A DNA stretch of 64,000 bases from an uncultured archaeon. GTDB taxonomy: Archaea > Asgardarchaeota > Lokiarchaeia > Sigyniarchaeales > SOKP01. The notes under the pieces are model-generated. The model ran no database searches and had not been told where the DNA came from. It worked only from the letters and a program-made list of their open reading frames with translations. Below are positions 39,940 through 50,128 of the stretch, one piece after another. Position numbers and translations under genes: made by a program. The first letter of the stretch is position 1; every line of letters starts with the position of its first letter. The stretch is from contig CAZBPC010000003.1 of assembly GCA_964493715.1 (NCBI GenBank), forward strand, positions 1 to 64,000, read 5' to 3'.

Positions 39940-40593
39940 TTAAAAGAACAAAACTAAGATATTAAAGAGGGAATGTGCGATAATACATGGTAGTAGTGAA
40001 TCTTTATTTATTCTATATAATCCACCAAATAGCAATCCAAATGTAAAGTAGTATCCAAAAAACGTAATTATTGTGGATAAGGGAACTAAAAACGGGGGAA
40101 TATGATAAATGGTAAAACAAAAGGACGAAATAGTCAATGCTAGGAAATAATTTGATTTATTTTTGATTTTCTTTAAAATAAAACCTCTAAAAAATCCCTC
40201 CTCGCATGGTCCAACTATAAGAATTTGAAGAACAATTATGATAACAAGCTCAATAATTTGAGGATTTATAGGATCGACATTAATTGCATTTTGAATCGCG
40301 TTTTCTACATAACCAGTTCCCAACACATTTTTAATCACAATATCTACAAAAAAAATTAAAATCCATCCTCCTATTAAATAAAAAATGACACCAATCAAGA
40401 CTCCTTGAGAAATCAATAATATAATTCTCTTGATATTGTAGTTTGACAAACTAAAACCCATATCTACTAATTCTTCTTTAAATGATTTCTTTTCCATATA
40501 AGAGGCTATTAGATTGGGAATTATAATTAATAAAATTTCTAAAGTGATAAATAAAATCAAGATAAGTGGAGTAGCCCCTAAATTGATTGACAT
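39940..40593 (-). CDS. CPBP (Abi/Rce1-like) intramembrane protease
   Basis: EEGFFRG, FTIYH and AHSLFN motifs intact. Confidence 0.9.
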   Translation of the reverse strand: MSINLGATPLILILFITLEILLIIIPNLIASYMEKKSFKEELVDMGFSLSNYNIKRIILLISQGVLIGVIFYLIGGWILIFFVDIVIKNVLGTGYVENAIQNAINVDPINPQIIELVIIIVLQILIVGPCEEGFFRGFILKKIKNKSNYFLALTISSFCFTIYHIPPFLVPLSTIITFFGYYFTFGLLFGGLYRINKDSLLPCIIAHSLFNILVLFF

Positions 40594-40682
40594 TGTTATT
40601 GTAATAACAAATTATTTCCATTTTATAAATTATAAAACTAAATCTCTCATCATTATTATTATTATCTTGAATTTATTCAGTC

Positions 40683-41966
40683 TTGATGACTATAAAGAAT
40701 TCATTTACTTTTTTTGATGAAAATGAGAAGGATAGCTCAAATTATGATAATTCAATAAATGAAAAAATCGGATTAACAAAAGAACAGCTCCTCTTTATAA
40801 ACCTGAAAGAAATAGCACATGATTACTTTAAAATTGAGGAAATTAAAAAAGAGTTTATCAAAATAATTCAAAAAAATAGGGAACAGCTTGATTTTTCTGA
40901 ATTTATTGAGGATCCTCAATTTGATATAAAAGAAAACGTTTTAAGCAATGAAATGGTCCATGCAAATATTAGAGGACTGAATGTGGTTAGTGTTGATGGT
41001 AGTTCTGTTGTTAAACATTTCATGAATGCTGATTTCTCATTTCTGAAAGCGATTTGTGTAAAATATTATTTTTATCAAAACCATTCCTCCAATATAAAGT
41101 ATTTTCCCGATATAAGTGGATATAATAACTACTTAGTTCAAGGAAATTTCATCAATAGGGATGAAAATAATGTTGATGCTCAGATATCAATTGATATGAA
41201 TTTTATGGAGATTAGGCTTCTCAATGACTTAATTGAAAATAGTGATAATTTAGATCTTATTATTATTGATGGTTCTATTGTCCCAATGCCTATTAATCTC
41301 ATTTTTGCAAGAGACATTGATATTTCAAATGAATATGATAAACTCCTGAGAGAATATCGTCAATTATACTTCAATTGCATAGATAGAGATATTATCTTAA
41401 TTGGTTCAATCAAAGACACTAGAACATCGGCACTGATTCATTCATTGCGTAGTGGAATTCAGTTATTAAAACCAAATAACTCTAGATTAAGTGATTTCAT
41501 CAAAATAAATTACCGTCAGATAATAAATTATTTCTCTGATTTGGATTTTTTTACAAGATTATTAAATAAATCAGAGAGATCCTGTATATTCAATTGTAAA
41601 AAAGATATGGAGAAGATACGCGAATCTGGAATTAAAAGGGAAATACCAAATTATTTTCCATACAACTTCTATGCATATTATCTAAAAACAGTTAAATATG
41701 ACACTCCGTGTCGAATCGAATTTTTCACCAATGAAGATAATACTATTGAGGAAGCTTCTGATAAAGCTGATTTGATTAGCTCTATGATCTTACCAATATC
41801 AAGTTATAACGAAAATTATGGTTTACCAATACCCCAGATTGAAGCTCATAGGAGAGCCGTATTTAAACCTTCAGAAATTAATCTCTTATTTAATAATTTA
41901 ACAAGAAATCTTAGCAAAAACGGGATAACATTGCTTGAAAAAAGGAGAGCAAGAAGACCTTTTTAA
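40683..41966 (+). CDS. nurA: NurA-family nuclease
   Basis: VDGS, IIDGS, GSIKD, YGLPIPQIEAH. Confidence 0.85.
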   Translation: MMTIKNSFTFFDENEKDSSNYDNSINEKIGLTKEQLLFINLKEIAHDYFKIEEIKKEFIKIIQKNREQLDFSEFIEDPQFDIKENVLSNEMVHANIRGLNVVSVDGSSVVKHFMNADFSFLKAICVKYYFYQNHSSNIKYFPDISGYNNYLVQGNFINRDENNVDAQISIDMNFMEIRLLNDLIENSDNLDLIIIDGSIVPMPINLIFARDIDISNEYDKLLREYRQLYFNCIDRDIILIGSIKDTRTSALIHSLRSGIQLLKPNNSRLSDFIKINYRQIINYFSDLDFFTRLLNKSERSCIFNCKKDMEKIRESGIKREIPNYFPYNFYAYYLKTVKYDTPCRIEFFTNEDNTIEEASDKADLISSMILPISSYNENYGLPIPQIEAHRRAVFKPSEINLLFNNLTRNLSKNGITLLEKRRARRPF

Positions 41967-41968
41967 TT

Positions 41969-42655
41969 TTACTTGCGAGTCGCACGATTTAAGAAGATAT
42001 ATTCAAAAAAAATATGTCTCTTCATCAATACTTCATTTTTAAACCCATTTTGATCCAAAAATCTATAAAGCTCATCTAAATTTGTATTAGAGGAACACAT
42101 GTAATAGATATGGCACTTTTTTTGATTATTTAAATACATTTCCACTTGTGAGAAGAATTTAGAAAGGACTATTAGCCCATCGACTCCCCCATCCCATGAA
42201 TAATCAATTGTTCTTTTTTCAATACTTTTAATCGAAGGTAAATAAGGTGGATTAAAGAAAATTATATCAAAAGAGTTTTTCAAATTATTCGGAAAGGATT
42301 CAAATAAATTAGATTGAATATAATTTATTTTTTTTTTAATTTTATTTCTTTTTTCATTCATTTGAGCACATTTTATTGCATTTTGCAGAATATCTGCAGC
42401 GTATATTTGAGAGGGAAAGAGATTTAATGATGCTAAAAAAATTGCTATGATCCCTGTTCCTGTTCCTAAATCTAATATGTTTCTTATCTCTTTAATGGGA
42501 ATCTCATCAAACATTTCTTGAGAGATATTACTTTTTATAAAGTCTAAGAATAAATATGAATCATCTGAGGGAGAATAGACATCATCAAAAGGATTAATAA
42601 TTATAGGCTCACAAATCTTTTCTTTCATATTAATCACGTCAATTTGCATATTCAA
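41969..42655 (-). CDS. HemK2/PrmC-family methyltransferase
   Basis: VYSPSDDS, LDLGTGTG, FNPPY, WDGG. Confidence 0.9.
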   Translation of the reverse strand: MNMQIDVINMKEKICEPIIINPFDDVYSPSDDSYLFLDFIKSNISQEMFDEIPIKEIRNILDLGTGTGIIAIFLASLNLFPSQIYAADILQNAIKCAQMNEKRNKIKKKINYIQSNLFESFPNNLKNSFDIIFFNPPYLPSIKSIEKRTIDYSWDGGVDGLIVLSKFFSQVEMYLNNQKKCHIYYMCSSNTNLDELYRFLDQNGFKNEVLMKRHIFFEYIFLNRATRK

Positions 42656-43496
42656 AGAGAAGTTTACAAGTTGTAATTAATTCATCAATTTGAATATGAA
42701 AGAGTTTTTCATCTGAAATCGAATTGGATTTCAAAAAATTTAAAGTATCTGATTCGGACATTGTGAGTGATGATGTATTCTTAATATATAACTTCAAAGA
42801 ATTAGAAAATGTTTTATTCTTATAGGGAGTGATACCAGCGATAAATTCAATGAAGAATTTCCGTCTTGTTGGTTCTTTGAGAAATTCATTCAAGGTTGTT
42901 TTTGGTTTGATTTTTATAAGGGCTAAATCAATGTTTGGTATTGGATAAAAACATTTTCTTGAAATTTGATATTTATTCATAAGATCCATAAAAGCATTAA
43001 AAGTAACACCTAATCGGGAGAAATTTTTGTATATTTTAGTGTCTAAAATCCTCTGCGAGAGAGAATCTTCAATAATCATTATACCAACTGGACAATTTTC
43101 CTTATAAAAAAATTTTTCGAGTATTGGGCCTGTAATAGTATAAGGAATGTTTGAAATTATTTTATCATGAAGTGGAATATTGGTTTTTAGAACATCAGCA
43201 TTAATAATTTCAACATTTTTTGAAATTGAAAATTTATCTTTAAGGTATTGATAAAGTACCTTATCGATCTCATATGCATATACTTTTTTTGCTTTTTTCT
43301 CCAGCTCTGTAGTTAGTGCCCCTATACCGGCTCCTATTTCTAAGACTGTTTCCTCTTTGGAGATCTCAGCTTCATTTATCATTTTAATGAGTATATTTCT
43401 ATCAATCAAAAAATTTTGCCCGAGACTCTTATTCGGGATAACGCCGATTGTATTCAAAATAAGTCGAGTCTCTGCAAGATTCATTTTTTCATTCAT
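42639..43496 (-). CDS. rsmA: 16S rRNA dimethyladenosine transferase RsmA/KsgA
   Basis: LGQNFL, LEIGAGIG, SNIPY. Confidence 0.95.
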   Translation of the reverse strand: MNEKMNLAETRLILNTIGVIPNKSLGQNFLIDRNILIKMINEAEISKEETVLEIGAGIGALTTELEKKAKKVYAYEIDKVLYQYLKDKFSISKNVEIINADVLKTNIPLHDKIISNIPYTITGPILEKFFYKENCPVGIMIIEDSLSQRILDTKIYKNFSRLGVTFNAFMDLMNKYQISRKCFYPIPNIDLALIKIKPKTTLNEFLKEPTRRKFFIEFIAGITPYKNKTFSNSLKLYIKNTSSLTMSESDTLNFLKSNSISDEKLFHIQIDELITTCKLLFEYAN

Positions 43497-44148
43497 ATTT
43501 TTGCGTCTTAGAAAACAAGTAATATTTTACTCCTTCTCTTTGAAGTTCTTTAATTATTCTTTGAGCAATTAATTTTTTTGGATTTGATAAACTAGTGCGA
43601 TCAGATATATCTTGAAATGTTGTAAATTTTTGTCTGTTTCTTGCATTGAGGATCTCCCACATGTGTTTTTGTCCTATTCCAGGTAAAAGTTTTAATGCAT
43701 GCATTCGTGGTGTGATCGAAGTGGAATTATTGAAGAAATTAATGAATTCCTCTTCAAAATTTGATACTTCTTGTTCAAGTACTTGCTGAAGAAGTGCTTT
43801 TGAAGTGTTTGTTAAGTCGTTATAATCAATTTTTTTAATGACATCCCGAAGTTTATTCTGTCTCATAAATTCTTCGTAAGTAGCCTTTTCTTGTACTCTT
43901 ATTTCAGAATCTCTATTCATTTTCACTTCGTATAAAACAAAATCAGGGAATGTAATAACTTGCGCAATTGGTGTTTTTGACCAACTAGGTTTGTCTTCCT
44001 CTGGATGTCCATGGAGAAGTAAGTCTATAATAACAAGCTCTCTATATTTCTTGATAAATTGCTTTTTTTTCCCTTGATCTTTTCCTCGAAAGTCGGATTT
44101 TCGAGGTTTTCGTCTGGATCGATCTCGAGGTCTTTCCATAAGCACCAA
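43489..44148 (-). CDS. DUF655 family putative RNA-binding protein
   Basis: FFN...ITPRMHALKLLPGIG HhH motif; lies between rpoF and rsmA. Confidence 0.9.
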   Translation of the reverse strand: MVLMERPRDRSRRKPRKSDFRGKDQGKKKQFIKKYRELVIIDLLLHGHPEEDKPSWSKTPIAQVITFPDFVLYEVKMNRDSEIRVQEKATYEEFMRQNKLRDVIKKIDYNDLTNTSKALLQQVLEQEVSNFEEEFINFFNNSTSITPRMHALKLLPGIGQKHMWEILNARNRQKFTTFQDISDRTSLSNPKKLIAQRIIKELQREGVKYYLFSKTQKYE

Positions 44149-44311
44149 TTTTCTTGATATTTATTTTCCAGAGGAACATAATTAATTTTTATTTTTAATA
44201 TTCCTTGTCTTAGAATGATTCCTATCCTAAAAAGGAAATCTCATTAAATTTAATAATAACATGTATTTTAAATTCTTCGGGTTGGGAATTTCTATGTAAA
44301 TGTACCTAAAT

Positions 44312-44677
44312 TTAAACGGATATAAGTTCTTCCATTTGATAAAGGAGATCTTGTAGTTCATCTTCACTTAGAGATTTTCCAGCAACACTTTTTTCTAAAA
44401 TCATTCTTAATTCAGGAACCGTTCGTGGATAAATGTTTACGATATTTATTGCATAACTTTCTTCAATGTCATATTTATCCATTAAGAATTTTTGAAGTTT
44501 GGTTCCATCCTTTTCACTCATTTTAGCAAACTTGTTCACATAATTAAATGTAATTTCTTGAAAGTGAGAAATTCCTTCTTCCGTGTCAATTTGTTCAATT
44601 TTCTCCTTTACATTTTCCATAATTTTTTTTACTTCCGGTATTGAAACAGCTCTCTCCTTTATTTTACGCCCAGACAT
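44312..44677 (-). CDS. rpoF: RNA polymerase subunit Rpo4 (RpoF)
   Basis: VSIPEVK, YVNKFAK, IVNIYPRTVPELR; conserved gene position. Confidence 0.9.
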   Translation of the reverse strand: MSGRKIKERAVSIPEVKKIMENVKEKIEQIDTEEGISHFQEITFNYVNKFAKMSEKDGTKLQKFLMDKYDIEESYAINIVNIYPRTVPELRMILEKSVAGKSLSEDELQDLLYQMEELISV

Positions 44678-44700
44678 GATTAATCTTGTATCTAATGATT

Positions 44701-45009
44701 TTAATTTTTGATTGAAGAATTACTTAATCTAAGATGTTCTCTTCCCACTATTAGTAATTTTTTTGAATTGCCTAATTTCACTTGAATCTCAAAACATCTT
44801 CCCCTAAAACCCTTAATTGTTCCAGTTAAACCATGATATCTTCGATGAGGCATTCCACGCTTGTGTTGAGAGGGGTTTGTAATGATATCGACTTTATCAT
44901 TGACTTCAAATTCTAATAAATATTTATCTACGGAACCTATACCCTTATCTCTTACATTTTTTCGATGCCGATTTCGACACTTATTTCTATATCCTTTGTG
45001 TAAGACCAT
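44701..45009 (-). CDS. rpl21e: 50S ribosomal protein L21e
   Basis: KGYR, GMPHRRYHGLTG, EHLR. Start placed at ATG 45009. Confidence 0.95.
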   Translation of the reverse strand: MVLHKGYRNKCRNRHRKNVRDKGIGSVDKYLLEFEVNDKVDIITNPSQHKRGMPHRRYHGLTGTIKGFRGRCFEIQVKLGNSKKLLIVGREHLRLSNSSIKN

Positions 45010-45186
45010 TTTCTCCCACCTTACGACTCGATTCATTAGTTTTTGAGTAAAAGCGAGTGAATACCATACTACTTACCATCTAAACGTTCTGATGAATCGA
45101 TATCAGTTATGAGTTTCATAAATATTATAATTTAGTTAATATATGTATGATAGTATATTTATTTTGCGATTTTTAAAGTATTAAGT

Positions 45187-46551
45187 TCAAAGATCTATAT
45201 GGAGAACATCTAGTTCTTTACAAATGAGAGGAACACCAAATAATTCTGTAAAAGAGTTTTTTGTTCTTCCATTATCTCCATTAATCAATTCTTTTATGTA
45301 TGTGCCTCCTTGAGTTTTTATCGTAAATTCAAAAAGGTCTGATTTTAAATATCTTCCGTTTAATTCATAGATATACTTCGTCCTTACTTTATCTGCTCGT
45401 CGATGAGATACCCTTTCAGGTGTTCTTTGAGATAACTTCTTACCAACAAGCTGATTTTGTAAGAGATTTAAAAATTCAATAAATTGCGATTTATCAATTC
45501 TTTTTTCTGACTGTACAAGTGCCTTATATAGTTTTGTTGTGTTTTCGGCATTATTTTTAATTGATATGACTTGATTTTTATTACTAAATTGTAAATCGTG
45601 AATCATAACCTTCTTCCTTGTTGTTTTGTTCGCTTTCTTTTCAAGATTTTCCAGATTCAAGTCTCTTAATACAGGATTCTGTAATTCTAAAATAAAAGGG
45701 CGCCCTTCTCCTAACATTCTCACGTCTATATCTTCTCTTCCAGCACCGTGAAATTTGACTCCAGTCGATTTTGATGCTTTGATAAATTCAGGAATAATCA
45801 ATTCCTCAACACTCGTTTGGTGTTGCTTTCCTGTATAACTACAAAACTCACATCCCTTACCCTTACATCTTCTACAGTCCCAGTGAGTTTGCGGAATCCC
45901 TCTTATTAGTTTATTATACCTTCCATAGATGAATAGTGATCTCATTAGTAAATTGATTGAAAAAGAATCAAAATTTAGTGAAAAAATAATCGTAATATCT
46001 GGATTCGCAAAATCCGTAGTTTTATTAATCTGAGTTGATAATGATTTCCCCACTTCTCTATTAAAATGGCTCTTAAAAGACTCAGAGCCTAATATTTTAA
46101 ACCTAACCTTGAATTCATCCTCATTATTGATGATCTTACCATTCAAGTCTGTTCCTACTAAAAAACTCTCATACTCAAGATGTTCAAGCTTTTTAATTGC
46201 TTCTAGCGTGTATTTTGATAAATCCGAAAAAATATCATTACAAAGATAACAAGAAGGTTTAATTATCTCGCTCTCAAAATTTAATCCTTCTTTTTCCATA
46301 ACTTTTATAGCTGGAACAAATTTTGCTTTTTCAGCTAATAATCTTAATTGATTAATAGTCTCATCATTTTTCTCATTACTAGATAAATAAGTTTCGTGTA
46401 ATTGCATCGTGAGAGCTAGCAAGATAGAATTACCTCTTTCTAAATTAGTTGTATTTGTAGCAAAAAGAGAGAACATCCTACCTAAACAATGAGGACAAAT
46501 ATGATAATCGTGATAAATCTCTAAAACTTTCTCGTTTATTGACATGCTCAA
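45187..46551 (-). CDS. pus10: tRNA pseudouridine(54/55) synthase Pus10
   Basis: CPHCLGR, GRYNKLIRGIPQTHW, GAGREDIDVRMLG, GGTYIKE. Confidence 0.96.
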   Translation of the reverse strand: MSMSINEKVLEIYHDYHICPHCLGRMFSLFATNTTNLERGNSILLALTMQLHETYLSSNEKNDETINQLRLLAEKAKFVPAIKVMEKEGLNFESEIIKPSCYLCNDIFSDLSKYTLEAIKKLEHLEYESFLVGTDLNGKIINNEDEFKVRFKILGSESFKSHFNREVGKSLSTQINKTTDFANPDITIIFSLNFDSFSINLLMRSLFIYGRYNKLIRGIPQTHWDCRRCKGKGCEFCSYTGKQHQTSVEELIIPEFIKASKSTGVKFHGAGREDIDVRMLGEGRPFILELQNPVLRDLNLENLEKKANKTTRKKVMIHDLQFSNKNQVISIKNNAENTTKLYKALVQSEKRIDKSQFIEFLNLLQNQLVGKKLSQRTPERVSHRRADKVRTKYIYELNGRYLKSDLFEFTIKTQGGTYIKELINGDNGRTKNSFTELFGVPLICKELDVLHIDL

Positions 46552-46627
46552 TTGATAAAAGAAAGCTTTCTTTTTTTTTTTTACTTTTTTTAAATAGAAA
46601 AAAAAAATGTAGATTTAAAGTCCTATA

Positions 46628-48052
46628 TTATTTTTTCTCCCAGTCATAATCCAATTTGACATATTTTCTAGTATAAAAGAATGCGATCAATAAGATAGCT
46701 GAGGAAATTGGACCAAATAGAATTAATCCAAGTGCAACCGATCCTCCAGTTAATGTTACCATAGGAAGACTTTCAATAGCTACTCCCAAACCAAAAACTC
46801 CAAATGCTTGAAAAAGATTTAATATAATACTATTAAATCCGGCATAGATTCCTGCTTTTAGTTGTCCTGTTTTTTGTTCATCATCTTGTGCAACATCCGC
46901 ATAGACTATATAAGGAAAGAGATACCACCCACCTAAACTTCCAGTACCAATAATTATAAAAATTATTCCTAGAAGCAACCTTGGGAAAGCGTCAATTAAA
47001 GCTAATAAAGAAACTGGCAAAGTAATCACAGCAAAAAGAAATATAATTAGTAAAGTTTTCTTTTTTCCACTTTTTTCTAATATTCTTCTCCAAAAGTATA
47101 AGAAAGAGAAAATGCCTATAAGTAAAAATCCAGCAATGATATAGAAGTCTAAACCACTTAGGAACAATGCTCCTTGAGTATAAGCTAATAAAGCATTATT
47201 TAGGATAGACCATGCTAAGCTTGAAATTCCAATCATCAGTGTAATTAAGAGATAGTTCCGATTTCTCAAAACTATTTTCAGATTTTCTTTTAATTTCGTT
47301 TTGATCTCAAATTTGGGTTCCGTGGGCATAAAAATTGCCACTAAAATAAAAGCAACAGTAGCAATTATCCCAAAAAGTATCACGAAAATCAAAAAATCCA
47401 TTGGTATGGGCGCATTAGGATTTAGGGGAATTGGTGGAGCTGGGGGATCAGGTTGAGGCGGTGATAAAATATTTACATAACTGGTAAGGACTAATATAGA
47501 TACTAAAGCCATTGAGCCATTTCCTATCCAATTAAAGTAATTTTGAAATTGGGACACCTTAGGGCGTTCAGAATTAATGAATTGTTCTGCCATCCAAGAT
47601 TGATAAACAGTAGTCAAAGAATAACTTATTTTAAATAGTATATCCCATATTAAAAACCAGATAAATAACATGGAAGTACTTTCAGGAGAAAGCTCATCAG
47701 AGGGTAATAGAACTAGATCTGGCAAAAATAAAGTGGGTAGAAATAAAAATATAAAAGAGATTCCTAATAGTGGAGCTAATATTATTATATAAGGTTTTCT
47801 CCTGCCCCATTTTGTATATTTCGCATCACTTATCCATCCAAAAAAAAATTGTCCAAAACCTATAACAATGAAGCCAATAGCTTGAGCCAAAGTAACTAAT
47901 AAAGCAGATAGACCAAAGCCATTATAATATAAGTTAAATAGAGCAAATCCCTCCAATCCTATTACTAATGAACTACCCACCCGTGGAAATGCAAATAGTA
48001 ACTTTTTTCTTGTATTTGATGATCCTATGAGGATTTCTGATGTTTCAGTCAT
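46628..48052 (-). CDS. MFS transporter (MelB/GPH-like)
   Basis: GWISD...TKWGRRKPY; about 12 TM helices. Confidence 0.9.
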   Translation of the reverse strand: MTETSEILIGSSNTRKKLLFAFPRVGSSLVIGLEGFALFNLYYNGFGLSALLVTLAQAIGFIVIGFGQFFFGWISDAKYTKWGRRKPYIIILAPLLGISFIFLFLPTLFLPDLVLLPSDELSPESTSMLFIWFLIWDILFKISYSLTTVYQSWMAEQFINSERPKVSQFQNYFNWIGNGSMALVSILVLTSYVNILSPPQPDPPAPPIPLNPNAPIPMDFLIFVILFGIIATVAFILVAIFMPTEPKFEIKTKLKENLKIVLRNRNYLLITLMIGISSLAWSILNNALLAYTQGALFLSGLDFYIIAGFLLIGIFSFLYFWRRILEKSGKKKTLLIIFLFAVITLPVSLLALIDAFPRLLLGIIFIIIGTGSLGGWYLFPYIVYADVAQDDEQKTGQLKAGIYAGFNSIILNLFQAFGVFGLGVAIESLPMVTLTGGSVALGLILFGPISSAILLIAFFYTRKYVKLDYDWEKK

Positions 48053-48235
48053 ATTTTTTCCTTTTTTTATTTAGTTTTTTTTTAGTTAAAAATAATTTAA
48101 TATAAGTTATGTGAGAATTTTATTTAAGACTTTTTCGAAAAATAATTTACTATATATATAGAATAAATTATTTTTACTAAATTATTTCAAAGGAATAATT
48201 CCGTAAACGCTCAGATCGATGAAATTAGGAAATTA

Positions 48236-49204
48236 CTACTCCTCATCTTCATCCCATCCAAGATCCTTCAGAATGGACTCAAAAGCTTCAGATTCCTCAT
48301 CTAATACGAATTCAACCTCATATTCAGAAGCGGCTTCAAATTCACCATCAAAATTAGGAGGTGTTAATTCGTCAAAGGAAGGTAAAGTATTGGGTGATAT
48401 AGGTTCTTGATATATTGTAGGTTCATCTACAGATGCATCTTCTTCAATTTCCATGGGAGTGTAATCTTCAAGTGGAATTGGAGGAATTTCATCATCATAT
48501 ATTTTGAATTGAGAACCTAAATTCATTTGAGCTTGTTCATGGTGTTCGATTGCAACCCTATCGACATGTGGTCCACCAGTTTTCTCATATTCCATACCAA
48601 TGGATTTTGGGATTGATATAATGTTGCTATTAATGTTAGTTTCAAGTTCCGCCTCATCGATGCCCTCTTTTTCCCAAACATCTAAAAATCCAAGTAAATC
48701 ATCTAATGCCGCTTTATCTTGCTCTATAGACGGTTTAATTACTGATAATTCTTCTTCTATTTGGATCCCTAATTTTGCTTTTTCAGAAGCATCAAGAGAT
48801 AGTTTCATTTCAGTAACTTTATCCCCAGAAATCAAAAGGTTTAGTTTTTTTGCTAATTCACGCAGATAACCTAAGTAGTATCCGATTCTAAAAACATTTT
48901 TCAATCCACCAAACACGATATATTCATCGTTAATAGCTAAAAGAATGCTATAACCGAAAGTATTATGAAGAATTATCTCGGTAAGTGCTCCATGTGCAGT
49001 TGCTTCACTTAATCGTAAACCTAAATCTATTAAAGCCGTACTTGAAGCGGAAGTTGCATCAGCATCTAATTCAGATGATGTGGCAGAAGCAACTTTTATT
49101 CCTACTCTTGAAAGAACAGCTAAATTCTCTAAATCTGTTTTTTCTTCCTCAGCACGGAGGATATTCATCATATTTTCTCTTATATCTTGGGCTAGGGACG
49201 ACAT
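48236..49204 (-). CDS. Roadblock/LC7-domain protein with long acidic C-terminal region
   Basis: LAVLSRVGIKVAS...SASSTAL...GALTEIIL...GYSIL roadblock pattern in the first ~125 aa. Confidence 0.78.
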   Translation of the reverse strand: MSSLAQDIRENMMNILRAEEEKTDLENLAVLSRVGIKVASATSSELDADATSASSTALIDLGLRLSEATAHGALTEIILHNTFGYSILLAINDEYIVFGGLKNVFRIGYYLGYLRELAKKLNLLISGDKVTEMKLSLDASEKAKLGIQIEEELSVIKPSIEQDKAALDDLLGFLDVWEKEGIDEAELETNINSNIISIPKSIGMEYEKTGGPHVDRVAIEHHEQAQMNLGSQFKIYDDEIPPIPLEDYTPMEIEEDASVDEPTIYQEPISPNTLPSFDELTPPNFDGEFEAASEYEVEFVLDEESEAFESILKDLGWDEDEE

Positions 49205-49298
49205 TTTTCTTCAAATATAGTAAAATATAATATCAATCGAGTAAACTAATATTTATTTATTAAAACATAGAATAAAGACTAATATATTTTGTCATGTT

Positions 49299-50018
49299 TC
49301 ATTTCAAAAAATTTATCAATGTCATTTGAGTAGAAGGAGGTTTTTCTATCTTTTTGAAGGAATATCCTGTTAATTGAGAAATCAATTCTTCGATTTTTTT
49401 TATAACTTCTGCTAATAACAAGTGTTCCGTATTGATCATTAAGATTTTTGTTTTATCTGTTTTTGATATCAAAAAATCATCATAATACGAAAGAATTTTG
49501 AGTAAATAATTTCTTTTATGTTCATTCCACTCCTTTCTTATTTCTTCTAAGGACCCTCGCTGGTAAATACGCTTTAAAATAGTATCTGGTTCAGCTGTAA
49601 GGTAAATTACGTAATCTTCTCTCCAATCTACTGAATTATACATGCTTAAAATGAGATCATAATCTTTACTCTTGAGATTTAGCGCTTTTGAGTATATCAA
49701 GACACAAATTGGAGTTCTATCAAGTATTATGATCCTTCCATTATATGATTTATCAAAATTAACAATATTCGTATTCCTACGAGTTAATTGCTGAAGGAAA
49801 TGAAATTCACTCCTAAATCCAATATTTTTATCACTAGATCCAAACGGAAAAGGCGGTTTTTTAATATAACGTTCTGGAAAGAATTTAAATTTATTATTAT
49901 CATTATATTTTTTTTTTAACATGTTAAACACAGTAGTTTTACCGACACCATGAGCTCCCGCTATCGAAATAACGATATTTGCTTTTTTTCCTTTATTTCG
50001 ATAGGTTCTTTTACCCAA
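49299..50018 (-). CDS. Deoxynucleoside/thymidylate kinase family protein
   Basis: GAHGVGKTT, ILDRT, VIYL...RIYQRG. Confidence 0.8.
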   Translation of the reverse strand: MGKRTYRNKGKKANIVISIAGAHGVGKTTVFNMLKKKYNDNNKFKFFPERYIKKPPFPFGSSDKNIGFRSEFHFLQQLTRRNTNIVNFDKSYNGRIIILDRTPICVLIYSKALNLKSKDYDLILSMYNSVDWREDYVIYLTAEPDTILKRIYQRGSLEEIRKEWNEHKRNYLLKILSYYDDFLISKTDKTKILMINTEHLLLAEVIKKIEELISQLTGYSFKKIEKPPSTQMTLINFLK

Positions 50019-50128
50019 AATTCATTACTCCAATCAGTTAAATGATTTAAAATTTCAATTATTAATAATACCACTAGAGATATGTAATTTTCTTATTATT
50101 AAAGTTGCATATTAAAGCATAAAGAGAA

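Noticed and set aside
45037-45186. Short hairpins in the pus10-rpl21e spacer
   Set aside because: Stems of 4-5 bp cannot be distinguished from chance.
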